A stretch of DNA of 37,242 nt, from positions 1-37,242 of the forward strand of contig CAZMVP010000004.1 of assembly GCA_964569355.1 (NCBI GenBank), given 5' to 3'. Position 1 is the first letter of the stretch. Each line of letters opens with the position of its first letter. Of this stretch, positions 29,608 to 37,242 are shown piece after piece. The position numbers and the translations under genes are program-made. Origin of the DNA: an uncultured Chromatiaceae bacterium (GTDB lineage: Bacteria > Pseudomonadota > Gammaproteobacteria > Steroidobacterales > GCA-2729495). Below the pieces are notes generated by a model that did no database searches, had not been told where the DNA came from, and saw only the letters and a list, made by a program, of their open reading frames with translations.

Positions 29608-29665
29608 GATGTTCATCCTTCGATCCGGAAGAAGCGGGCATCGCTGTTGAAAGGATTTCTGGACG

Positions 29666-30298
29666 ATGCCCGCGAGTTCGTATCGTACACTCGAAGCGCT
29701 GCTGAAGGCCGTGCGCGCCTGCCGCGCCTGCGAAGCAGACCTGCCACTCGGCCCGCGGCCCGTCCTGCAGGCCGGCGCCACGGCAAGGATCCTCGTGGTC
29801 GGCCAGGCACCCGGCTTGCGCGTCCACCAGACCGGCATTCCGTGGGATGACCCCAGCGGCGAACGCCTGCGCGACTGGATGGGCGTGGACCGCGACACGT
29901 TCTACGACGCATCGCAGGTCGCGATCATCCCGATGGGCTTCTGCTATCCGGGCCGCGGCACCAGTGGCGACTTGCCGCCACGCCGGGAATGCGCGCAATT
30001 GTGGCTGGACCAGCTGCTCGCCAAGCTGCCGCGGATCAGCCTGACGCTGCTCATCGGGCAATACGCGCAGAAGCACTATCTCGGCAATCGACGCAAGGCA
30101 TCATTGCTGGAGACCACCCATGCGTGGCGCGAATATGCGCCAGCCTACTTCCCGCTGCCGCATCCCTCACCGCGCAACACGCCGTGGTTCCAGCGCCATC
30201 CGGAGTTCGAGCGGGAGGTCATCCCCGCCTTGCGCAAATGCGTTGCTGCGCTGCTATCCGGGGTAGACGAGCGCCCCGTCCACAATGCGCGCCGGTGA
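29666..30298 (+). CDS. Uracil-DNA glycosylase superfamily protein
   Basis: CRAC near the N-terminus, ILVVGQAPG (the family 4/5-like motif A), and HPSPRN (motif B). The gene is divergent from acnA. Confidence 0.8.
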   Translation: MPASSYRTLEALLKAVRACRACEADLPLGPRPVLQAGATARILVVGQAPGLRVHQTGIPWDDPSGERLRDWMGVDRDTFYDASQVAIIPMGFCYPGRGTSGDLPPRRECAQLWLDQLLAKLPRISLTLLIGQYAQKHYLGNRRKASLLETTHAWREYAPAYFPLPHPSPRNTPWFQRHPEFEREVIPALRKCVAALLSGVDERPVHNARR

Positions 30299-30781
30299 TG
30301 TATACGGATGCGGAACGGCATGGCGGGCGTCGAGGATGTGCATCACCTCGCCACCACGCGCCCGCAGCACGTCGGAGATCAACGCGCGATGGCACCGCCA
30401 CCAGACGGCTTCGGAGCACATCACCGCGGTCCGGCACCGGCCCGCGATCGCCAGCAGCTCCGCAAGCCCGGTCGCGAATTCGGCGGTGCCGATGTGATCG
30501 GCGTAGCCGCGGAACGATGCATTGCGCCATGCGGTATTGGGTGAATCCGGCCTGGCTCGTCGCCGGCCGCCGAGTGCCGGGATCCAGTGGTATTCAATCG
30601 AGTGCTCGAGAAGTGCCGCACGCAGTGCCTCCTGGCCGAACCACGGCTGGCGTCGCGATCCCGGAAAGCGGCGGACATCGGCCACGGCCTCGATGCGGTA
30701 GCCGGCAAGCAGTTCCAGGAATTCGGCGAGCGTGCGGCTGGAATGGCCCACTGTCCATATCGCCGGAGTGGTAGATTGCAT
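30254..30781 (-). CDS. DUF488 domain protein
   Basis: IWTVGHSSRTLAEFLELL....IEAVADVRRFPGSRR.P.F and AVMCSEAVWWRCHR fit DUF488. I trimmed the start to the ATG at 30781; the track's start at 30811 is a TTG. The 3' end overlaps the convergent UDG gene by 45 nt. Confidence 0.75.
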   Translation of the reverse strand: MQSTTPAIWTVGHSSRTLAEFLELLAGYRIEAVADVRRFPGSRRQPWFGQEALRAALLEHSIEYHWIPALGGRRRARPDSPNTAWRNASFRGYADHIGTAEFATGLAELLAIAGRCRTAVMCSEAVWWRCHRALISDVLRARGGEVMHILDARHAVPHPYTSPARIVDGALVYPG

Positions 30782-30810
30782 GCAAGAAGAACTCCGGACA
30801 GGAGACGCCA

Positions 30811-32343
30811 ATGGCCGATGACCAGACTCTGCCCACGGGACCCGATTTGCGCAAGGGCATCGCCGCGACCGACCTCGCCGACGGCGGCATGGTGGCCGGC
30901 CATGTCGGTGGCGACGCGGTGCTGCTGGTACATCGCGGCAGCGAGTATTTCGCGGTTGATGCGTTATGCACGCACTACCATGCGCCGCTCAAGGACGGCC
31001 TCGTGGTCGACCACACGGTGCGCTGCCCCTGGCACCACGCCTGTTTCGACCTCCGCACCGGCGAGGCCGTGCGCCCGCCGGCTTTCGCGTCGCTGGCCTG
31101 CTGGGTCGTCGAGCAACGGGATGGCCGGGTCTTCGTGACGGGAAGGCGGGATGAAGCGCGGCCCGCCAGGCGCAGCACGGCAGCCACATCGGCGTCCGAA
31201 CGTGTCGTGATCATCGGAGGCGGTGCGGCCGGTTTCGCGACCGCCGAGCAACTGCGCCGCGAAGGCTACGCCGGCAACGTGACGATGGTGAGCGATGACG
31301 ACGCATCGCCGGTGGACCGCCCCAACCTGTCCAAGGACTACCTCGCCGGCACGGCTCCCGAGGACTGGGTACCGCTGCAACCAGCGGATTTCTACCGGGA
31401 CCACCGCATCGACCTCAGGTTGTCGACCCGGGCCTACAGCATCGACGCAAGGGCCCGCGAGGTGGTGCTCGCCACCGGCGACAGGCTCCGCTACGACCGC
31501 CTGCTGCTCGCCACCGGCGCGGAGCCCGTGCGCATGACGATCCCGGGTGGCGACAAGCCCCACGTGCACACACTGCGCTCCCTCGCCGACAGCCGGGCCA
31601 TCATCGGGCGGATTGCCACGGCACGCCGGGCGGTCGTGCTCGGCGCGAGCTTCATCGGGCTGGAGGCCGCGGCATCGCTCCGGGCCCGCAACCTCGAAGT
31701 CCACGTGGTCGACCCCGGCCCGCGGCCGATGGAGCGCGTGTTCGGGCCGGAACTGGCCGACTTCGTGCGCACGCTGCACGAGCAGCACGGCGTGGTCTTC
31801 CACATGGGCGACACGGCCAGCGCGATCACCCCCACGAGCGTGCAACTGGCCAGCGGCGGCATCCTGGATGCCGACGTGGTCGTGGTCGGCATCGGTGTGC
31901 GGCCGCGGCTGGATCTCGCCACGCAGGCCGGCCTCGCGGTGGATCGCGGCGTGATCGTCAACGAGTACCTGGAAACCAGCTCGCCCGGCATCTATGCCGC
32001 CGGCGACATCGCGCGCTGGCCGGACCCGCACAGTGGCGAACGCATCCGCGTGGAGCACTGGGTGGTCGCCGAGCGGCAGGGACAGTGTGTCGCGCAGAAC
32101 ATGCTCGGCCGGCAGCGGAAGTTCACGGCGGTGCCGTTTTTCTGGAGCCAGCACTACGACGTACAGATCAACTATGTCGGCCATGCCGCCGGCTGGGACA
32201 GGCTCGAGGTCGAGGGCAGCATCGCTGGCCGGGATTGCCTCGTGCGCTACCTGCGCGACGGCCGCGCGCTGGCCGTAGCTTCGATTTTCCGCGACGTCGA
32301 GAGCCTGAAGGCAGAACTTGCGATGGAAGGAACAACGACATGA
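30811..32343 (+). CDS. Rieske [2Fe-2S] domain fused to an FAD/NAD(P)H pyridine-nucleotide-disulfide (ferredoxin-reductase/AIF-like) oxidoreductase
   Basis: The Rieske ligands are CTHYHAPL...CPWHHACF. These are followed by VVIIGGGAAGFATA, RAVVLGASFIGLEAA, and IYAAGDIARW. AGGAG lies upstream of the ATG. Confidence 0.85.
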   Translation: MADDQTLPTGPDLRKGIAATDLADGGMVAGHVGGDAVLLVHRGSEYFAVDALCTHYHAPLKDGLVVDHTVRCPWHHACFDLRTGEAVRPPAFASLACWVVEQRDGRVFVTGRRDEARPARRSTAATSASERVVIIGGGAAGFATAEQLRREGYAGNVTMVSDDDASPVDRPNLSKDYLAGTAPEDWVPLQPADFYRDHRIDLRLSTRAYSIDARAREVVLATGDRLRYDRLLLATGAEPVRMTIPGGDKPHVHTLRSLADSRAIIGRIATARRAVVLGASFIGLEAAASLRARNLEVHVVDPGPRPMERVFGPELADFVRTLHEQHGVVFHMGDTASAITPTSVQLASGGILDADVVVVGIGVRPRLDLATQAGLAVDRGVIVNEYLETSSPGIYAAGDIARWPDPHSGERIRVEHWVVAERQGQCVAQNMLGRQRKFTAVPFFWSQHYDVQINYVGHAAGWDRLEVEGSIAGRDCLVRYLRDGRALAVASIFRDVESLKAELAMEGTTT

Positions 32344-32816
32344 TCCGCATCAAGCGCAGTTATGAAGAACCGGCGCGCGGCGACGGCAAGCGTTTCCTCG
32401 TGGAACGGCTGTGGCCGCGGGGCATGAAGAAGGAAGAGCTGCATGCCGATGCCTGGTTGAAGGACGTGGCACCCAGCACCGCGCTCCGGCAGTGGTACGG
32501 GCACGTGGTGGAACGCTGGCCGGAGTTTCGCCAGCGCTATCGCAAGGAGCTCGATGCCAGGCCGGACAGCTGGGCACCCATCCTGGCGGCCGCCCGCCAG
32601 GGAACCGTCACGCTGCTTTATGCAGCACACGACACCGAGCACAACGGCGCGCTCGTGCTGTGCGAGTACCTCGCGGAGCGGCAGCAGGCCCCGGCAACGC
32701 GAGCAGCAAAGCCATCGGCAAAGGCGGCGACAAAGCCAGCGACAAAATCAGTGGCAAAGGCGCCGGCGAAGCGCAAGGCTGCGACGGCACGGCGGCCAGC
32801 CAGCAAGCCGCGGTAA
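32340..32816 (+). CDS. DUF488 (YeaO-like) protein with a Lys/Ala/Pro-rich histone-H1-like C-terminal tail
   Basis: MIRIKRSYEEPARGDGKRFLVERLWPRGMKKEEL..D.WLKDVAPS..LR.W..H....W..F...Y..EL matches YeaO-type DUF488. The tail (32682-32813) is QQAPATRAAKPSAKAATKPATKSVAKAPAKRKAATARRPASKPR. The ATG overlaps the upstream stop (ATGA). Confidence 0.8.
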   Translation: MIRIKRSYEEPARGDGKRFLVERLWPRGMKKEELHADAWLKDVAPSTALRQWYGHVVERWPEFRQRYRKELDARPDSWAPILAAARQGTVTLLYAAHDTEHNGALVLCEYLAERQQAPATRAAKPSAKAATKPATKSVAKAPAKRKAATARRPASKPR

Positions 32817-32887
32817 GCCGGCTGCAGGCTGGCGGCCAGGCGGCATGGCCGCACGGGGTGGCCGGCCGCCGGCGGATTTCAGTGCGA

Positions 32888-33328
32888 TCAGCGGTAGACC
32901 AGTACCGGCATGCTGGCCTGGTCCACCACCTTGCGCGCAACGCTGCCCATCACGAGCTTCCTGAAGCCACCATGCCCGTGGGTTGCGATGAACACCACGT
33001 CGCACTTGTGTTTGGCCGCGACAGCCAGGATTCCCTCGGCCGGCCGGTAACCCCGGCTGACCACCGGAGTGAAGGCAACGCCCGAGCGTGCCGCGATCCT
33101 GCCGATCTTGTCCACCTGCCGCTTGCCGGCGGCCCGGTTCCCGGCATTGATGTCGTCGATCATCTGCTGGCTGACCATGGCCCGGGCCCGGAAAGCCGGC
33201 TCCAGCTCCTCGACGATGGCACAGCCGACAACCCGGGCACCGAGTGCCTTGGCGAGCGCGATGCCGGCGCGTGCCGCCTTCATCGAGATCGGTGAACCGT
33301 CCGTGGGAATCAGGATCCGCTTGAACAT
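32888..33328 (-). CDS. Universal stress protein (UspA family)
   Basis: MFKRILIPTDGS..S..A...., then DVVFIATHGHGGFRKLVMGSVARKVVDQASMPVLVY. GAGGA lies 7 nt upstream. Confidence 0.85.
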   Translation of the reverse strand: MFKRILIPTDGSPISMKAARAGIALAKALGARVVGCAIVEELEPAFRARAMVSQQMIDDINAGNRAAGKRQVDKIGRIAARSGVAFTPVVSRGYRPAEGILAVAAKHKCDVVFIATHGHGGFRKLVMGSVARKVVDQASMPVLVYR

Positions 33329-33370
33329 GCTGTGGTCCTCATTGAAAGAAACTCATGGCCTGGCGCCGCA

Positions 33371-34096
33371 TCAGACCTCCGACCGGCCGGATCGTTCGCG
33401 GAAGAACCTGGCATTCCGCTGGATGAACCGCTTGATCCAGGCTTCCAGAAACGAATGGCTGCGCCGGTGCAGGTGCCACCAGCCGGCCGCGCAGACCACG
33501 AGCGCGCCAAGGCAATCGACGATCAGGTCCAGCATCGTGTCGGTGAGGCCCGAAGGGTCGTTGCGGGTCGGCTTCTGCATGGTGGTGCCGAACAGCTGGT
33601 CCATCCCGAACTCGAAGATCTCCCACAGCGTACCGGCCGCCACGGCAAAGGCGAAGGCAAACAGGGCCACCAGCCCCGGGCGGATCTGCATGCTGGTGTT
33701 CCGATTCTCGTTCAGGATGTAGACCAGCAGGAAACCGAGGACGCCGAGCAACAGGCCGGAGGTCGTGTGCAACGCGGTGTCCCACCACCAGACCCGCTCG
33801 TAGAAGCTCCGGAACTCGCCGAGGAACAGGGCGGCAAACACGAAAAGAATGGTCAGGACCTCGTACTCCAGCGGGATGCGCACCGGCAGCCGGTCCCGGA
33901 ACAAGACGGGGGCACTGGTCAGGACCATGATCGCCAGCAACCAGACGGCACTGCCCCACAGGTTCTCGGTGAGCAGCCAGATCAGCTCGACGGCCATGAC
34001 GGCCTGGAGGATCGCCAGCAGGATCAGGCGCACGCGTGCTTCGAGGCCATCCCCGGCAGTGGTTGATGGGTCCGTCGGCAGGGGGTCAGGTCGCAC
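33371..34096 (-). CDS. Integral membrane protein of unknown function
   Basis: Six or more hydrophobic segments (LILLAILQAVMAVELIWLL, AVWLLAIMVLTSAPVLF, ILFVFAALFLGEF, LLLGVLGFLLVYIL, LVALFAFAFAVAAGTLWEIFEF, LIVDCLGALVVCAAGWW). The start at 34096 is a GTG and is uncertain. Confidence 0.6.
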   Translation of the reverse strand: MRPDPLPTDPSTTAGDGLEARVRLILLAILQAVMAVELIWLLTENLWGSAVWLLAIMVLTSAPVLFRDRLPVRIPLEYEVLTILFVFAALFLGEFRSFYERVWWWDTALHTTSGLLLGVLGFLLVYILNENRNTSMQIRPGLVALFAFAFAVAAGTLWEIFEFGMDQLFGTTMQKPTRNDPSGLTDTMLDLIVDCLGALVVCAAGWWHLHRRSHSFLEAWIKRFIQRNARFFRERSGRSEV

Positions 34097-34131
34097 GGGT
34101 CGGCATCGGTTTATTTACAAGGCCACCGCAT

Positions 34132-34464
34132 ATGCCGACAATCATAGGCGAACATCGGATCGGGCAACGGGCAATGAGTGAAGTGGAATTCGAAAATGGC
34201 GCCTTCAGCGTCGATGCGACGCTGATTGCCTCCGGACTTGGCATCGACGCCGTGCAGGTGCAGCCCTTCATGCGCGATGGAACGATCACGAGCATTTGCG
34301 AGCGCGGCGTCGACGAGGACGCCGGCCGCTACCGGCTGACGTTTTTCCATGAAACCCGCAGCTTCCGCCTGCTGGTCGATGATTCCGGCCACGTGATCCA
34401 GAAGTCCAGGATCAAGCTGGCCACCTCGCCGGGCGCATCCCGGAAGGCCGGCCCGGATCGCTGA
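34132..34464 (+). CDS. Small hypothetical protein
   Basis: MPTIIGEHRIGQRAMSEVEFENGAFSVDATLIASGLGIDAVQVQPFMRDGTITSICERGVDEDAGRYRLTFFHETRSFRLLVDDSGHVIQ... has coding-like composition. The start could be 34132 or 34174. I cannot assign a family with confidence. Confidence 0.5.
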   Translation: MPTIIGEHRIGQRAMSEVEFENGAFSVDATLIASGLGIDAVQVQPFMRDGTITSICERGVDEDAGRYRLTFFHETRSFRLLVDDSGHVIQKSRIKLATSPGASRKAGPDR

Positions 34465-34512
34465 ACTCGGCGTCTGTCCGTCGATCATGGCAACAACCCT
34501 GGAGTAGCGATC

Positions 34513-35325
34513 ATGACGAATTTCCGTGGCATGTTCCTGGCGGCCCTCGCGGCCATCGGCATCGGTCTTCCCGGCATGGCCGCCCTGGCGGCGGAGAACG
34601 CCGGTGCTGCAAGCAGCCATGTGCAGACCGTGCTCATCACGGGCTCGGACAAGGGCATGGGCCTCGAGATGGCGAGGCAGTTCGCGGCCCGAGGCGACCG
34701 GGTCATCGCGACCACCCGCAATCCCGGGAAGGCGACAGACCTGAATGCGCTGGCGGCGGCCAACCCGAAGGTCAGCGTCGACAAGCTCGATGTCACGAGC
34801 CAGCAGGACATTGACGCGCTGGTCGCCAAGTACAAGGACACGCCGATCGACATCCTCATCAACAACGCCGGCGTCAACGGTGGCATGCAGAACCAGATGC
34901 TCGGCAAGTTCAACTATGCCGCCTTCGAGGATGTGTTGCGCGTCAACACGATCGCCCCGCTGCACATCGCCGAGGCCTTCCTGCCGAACGTGCTTGCGAG
35001 CCGCGACAAGCGCATCGTCGCAATTTCCAGCAGCGAGGGATCCATCGGCAAGGTCACGTCCCCACGCCTGTATTTCATGCGGGCCAGCAAGGCGGCGCTC
35101 AACATGGAGATGAAGAACCTCGCCATCCAGTTGAAGCCCAAGGGTGTCAGCGTCGGCATCATCAACCCGGGCATGGTGGACACGGAATTCATGAAGGGTG
35201 CGCCGAAGAACATGCTGCGCCCGGTCGACGAGGCCGTGCGGGGCATCATCCGCAACATCGACTCGCTCACCATCGCCAACACGGGCACGTTCATGAATTA
35301 CGACGGCACGACCCTGCCCTGGTAA
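34513..35325 (+). CDS. SDR-family oxidoreductase with an N-terminal signal peptide or membrane anchor
   Basis: A hydrophobic N-terminus, MTNFRGMFLAALAAIGIGLPGMAALAAENA, is followed by VLITGSDKGMGLEMARQFAARGDRVIATTRN (TGxxxGxG), NNAG, S...Y(F)..SKAAL, and PGMVDT. Confidence 0.8.
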   Translation: MTNFRGMFLAALAAIGIGLPGMAALAAENAGAASSHVQTVLITGSDKGMGLEMARQFAARGDRVIATTRNPGKATDLNALAAANPKVSVDKLDVTSQQDIDALVAKYKDTPIDILINNAGVNGGMQNQMLGKFNYAAFEDVLRVNTIAPLHIAEAFLPNVLASRDKRIVAISSSEGSIGKVTSPRLYFMRASKAALNMEMKNLAIQLKPKGVSVGIINPGMVDTEFMKGAPKNMLRPVDEAVRGIIRNIDSLTIANTGTFMNYDGTTLPW

Positions 35326-35481
35326 CGGGGCAAACCAGCTGCAGCTGGGTCCTGCGACGAGGGAGAATTACATAATCCAGCCCCGCGCCAGTTGACACCA
35401 TGCCGCATCCGGGCGCACTTTAATGCAGTCGCCTTTAAAGCAATAACCACACAGGCGGCTGCTTTCGAGGGGGTTTCGGCC

Positions 35482-37242
35482 ATGTGCACGCTCGCTCTCC
35501 GCGCTCCTGTCCTGTTGCTCGCCACGCTCGCCATGCCGGCGACGGGCGCAACACTCACCTGGAACAACGTCAACGGCGACTGGGCTGTCGGCGGCAACTG
35601 GACGCCTGCCGGACCACCGGGCACGGGTGATATCGCAGTCGTCAACGTCGCCAATCCGCAGCTTGCCAGCGACACGACGATCCTCGGCCTGAACCAGGGC
35701 GGCGGCACGGTTTCCGGCGCGGGCAACCTCACGGTCACGGGGTCCTCGAGCTGGACTGGCGGCAGCCAGAGCGGCACTGGCTCGACCACCTACAGCGACA
35801 CACTGGCCATCACCGGCCCGGGGCTCAAGGTGCTGGTCGGTGGTCGCACGCTGAACCTGCAGGGCACGACGACCTGGAGCGGCAACACGGCCACCAGCAA
35901 CAACGCGATCCGCTTCTGGAACGGTGCCACGATCAACAACTCGGGCACCTTCAACGACGACAACCCCTTCGATTCCTTCATCGAGCACAACGTCGGCGGC
36001 CCGCACGCATTCAACAACATCGGCACCTTCAACAAGAACGCGAACACCACCACCCTGGTGGATTCCGGCGTGGCCTTCAACAACTCGGGCACGGTCAACG
36101 TGAACAACGGCGTGTTCCTGCCCGGAGGCGGCGGCACGAGCACCGGCACCTTCAACATCGCCGACGGCGCGAAGCTCGAGTTCCGGAACGGGAGCCACAC
36201 GCTCAACAACGTCACGACGAGCGGCGCCGGCACCTTCCAGATCAGCACGGAAAACGTCGGCGCCGATGCCGTGGTGGCCGTGAACGGCGGCACGCACACG
36301 ACGCCCTTCCTGCTGAGCGGCAGCACCATGACCGGAACCGATGCCACCTTCCAGGGCCCGGCCACCTGGACCGGCGGCACCATCAACGGTGCGGCGACCA
36401 CTACCTTCGCCAACGCCCTCACCATCAGCGGCATCAACACCAAGTCCATGACGGGTGGGCGCACGGTGGCGGCGGGTGACACAACCTGGACCGGCAATAC
36501 CGGCGCGAACAACACCATCGCCATTTCGGGCGGCAGCATCTTCACCAGTTCCGGCACCTTCACGGACTCGAATGCTTTCAACAGCAGCATCACCGGCGGC
36601 AACGGCGGCGGCACCTTCAACAACAACGGCACCTTCGACAAGCAGTCGGCGACGACCACTTCCGTCAGCACCGCCTTCAACAACAACGGCACGGTCAACG
36701 TGAACGCCGGCGTGTTCCTGCCGGGCGGCGGTGGCACGAGCACCGGCACCTTCAACATCGCCGACGGCGCGAAGCTCGAGTTCCGGAACGGGAACCACGC
36801 GCTCAACAACGTCACGACGAGCGGCGCCGGCACCTTCCAGATCAGCACGGAGAACGTCGGCGCCGATGCCGTGGTGGCAGTGAATGGCGGCACCCACACT
36901 ACGCCGTTCCTGCTGAGTGGCAGCACCATGACCGGGACCGATGCCACCTTCCAGGGCCCGGTGACCTGGACTGGCGGCACCATCTCGGGCAACGCGGCCA
37001 CCACGTTCACGAACGATGTCGCGATCACGGGCGCAGGCCTCAAGGTGCTGGTCGGCGGCCGCACGCTGAACCTCGAGGCGACGACAACCTGGAGCGGCAG
37101 CACCGGCAACAACAACAATGCGATCCGCTTCTGGAATGGCGCCACGATCAACAACCACGGCACGTTCAACGACGACAATGCCTTCGATTCCTTCATCGAG
37201 CACAACGTCGGCGGCCCGCACAACTTCAACAACATCGGCACC
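35482..37242 (+). CDS. Very large secreted repeat protein, probably a beta-helical adhesin-like protein. Only the 5' part is present; the gene runs off the window.
   Basis: Not in the ORF track because there is no stop codon. Manual translation from the ATG at 35482 (GAGGGGG 9 nt upstream) is open for 587 codons to the window end. It begins MCTLALRAPVLLLATLAMPATGA TLTWNNVNGDWAVGGNWTPAGPPGTGDIAVV..., followed by Gly/Thr/Asn-rich repeats (GTFNN.GT, NNSGTVNVNNGVFLPGGGGTSTGTFNIADGAKLEFRNG...). The two long minus-strand ORFs here are shadow ORFs. Confidence 0.8.
   Translation, partial: MCTLALRAPVLLLATLAMPATGATLTWNNVNGDWAVGGNWTPAGPPGTGDIAVVNVANPQLASDTTILGLNQGGGTVSGAGNLTVTGSSSWTGGSQSGTGSTTYSDTLAITGPGLKVLVGGRTLNLQGTTTWSGNTATSNNAIRFWNGATINNSGTFNDDNPFDSFIEHNVGGPHAFNNIGTFNKNANTTTLVDSGVAFNNSGTVNVNNGVFLPGGGGTSTGTFNIADGAKLEFRNGSHTLNNVTTSGAGTFQISTENVGADAVVAVNGGTHTTPFLLSGSTMTGTDATFQGPATWTGGTINGAATTTFANALTISGINTKSMTGGRTVAAGDTTWTGNTGANNTIAISGGSIFTSSGTFTDSNAFNSSITGGNGGGTFNNNGTFDKQSATTTSVSTAFNNNGTVNVNAGVFLPGGGGTSTGTFNIADGAKLEFRNGNHALNNVTTSGAGTFQISTENVGADAVVAVNGGTHTTPFLLSGSTMTGTDATFQGPVTWTGGTISGNAATTFTNDVAITGAGLKVLVGGRTLNLEATTTWSGSTGNNNNAIRFWNGATINNHGTFNDDNAFDSFIEHNVGGPHNFNNIGT
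35815..37242 (+). repeat. Near-identical long internal coding repeats: a 1215-bp super-period containing a 600-bp sub-period
   Basis: 36074-36384 aligns with 36674-36984 at an offset of exactly 600 bp, with only scattered mismatches. 35824-36027 aligns with 37039-37242 at an offset of exactly 1215 bp (405 codons). Confidence 0.9.

Noticed and set aside
29608-29898. Track-predicted 97-aa N-terminal extension of aconitase, and similar 5' extensions on the bufA (to 5134), leuA (to 15903), lrp (from 15932), ccoO (from 18685), SCO (from 20162), VOC (from 9006) and yeaO-like (from 32085) ORFs
   Set aside because: The extensions are Arg/Pro/Ser-rich and overlap neighbouring genes or divergent promoters. 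Internal ATG/GTG codons with Shine-Dalgarno sequences give N-termini that match the families.
30964-32184. 406-aa minus-strand ORF opposite the Rieske-FAD reductase
   Set aside because: It is antisense to a gene with clear Rieske and FAD/NAD motifs, and has shadow-ORF composition.
35392-35424. TTGACA ... TTTAAT as a promoter for the giant repeat gene
   Set aside because: The spacer is 21 nt, too long for a sigma70 promoter. No better -10 element lies at 16-18 nt.
35368-37241. Two long minus-strand ORFs (617 aa and 483 aa) that are the only track entries covering this region
   Set aside because: The plus strand carries an ORF with an RBS, a signal peptide and a coherent beta-helix-type repeat structure, open to the window edge. 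The minus-strand translations are V/A/G/R or P/V/L low-complexity mirrors of the repeat.

Overview
This is a GC-rich, gene-dense chromosomal window that looks proteobacterial, with about 38 protein-coding genes. I saw no rRNA, tRNA, CRISPR array, transposase or integrase. All calls come from reading the six-frame translations and recognising family motifs; no searches were run.

Gene order:
- Minus strand: GH63-like glucosidase (partial) <- glycogen-debranching-type GDE <- DUF2063 <- DUF692 (MNIO) <- DUF2282 Cys-rich secreted peptide. The last three form a bufferin-type RiPP metallophore cluster.
- Small hypothetical protein and a secreted DUF4329-like protein, followed by a divergent membrane-anchored CadC/ToxR-like regulator.
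- Housekeeping block: srkA, VOC protein, ABC-F uup, glgB, leuA and a divergent Lrp/AsnC regulator.
- A tightly overlapped seven-gene operon: group III truncated hemoglobin, CcoN with a CcoS-like N-terminus, CcoO, monoheme cytochrome c, NsrR-like Rrf2 regulator, SCO1/SenC, and a membrane protein.
- A compositionally atypical HAF-repeat protein with a VPLPA-CTERM sorting signal, followed by three 26-bp tandem repeats.
- DUF1971 protein, nitronate monooxygenase-like protein, SDR, FAD oxidoreductase, acnA.
- UDG-family protein, then two DUF488 proteins flanking a Rieske-FAD reductase fusion.
- USP, membrane protein, small hypothetical protein, and an SDR with a signal-peptide-like N-terminus.
- The 5' part of a very large, internally near-identical repeat protein. 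It runs off the window and is absent from the ORF track.

Main finding: the DUF2282/DUF692/DUF2063 cluster. It lacks the usual DoxX gene and is instead translationally coupled to two glycoside hydrolases.

Many long ORFs in the track are antisense shadow ORFs typical of high-GC DNA, and I rejected them.
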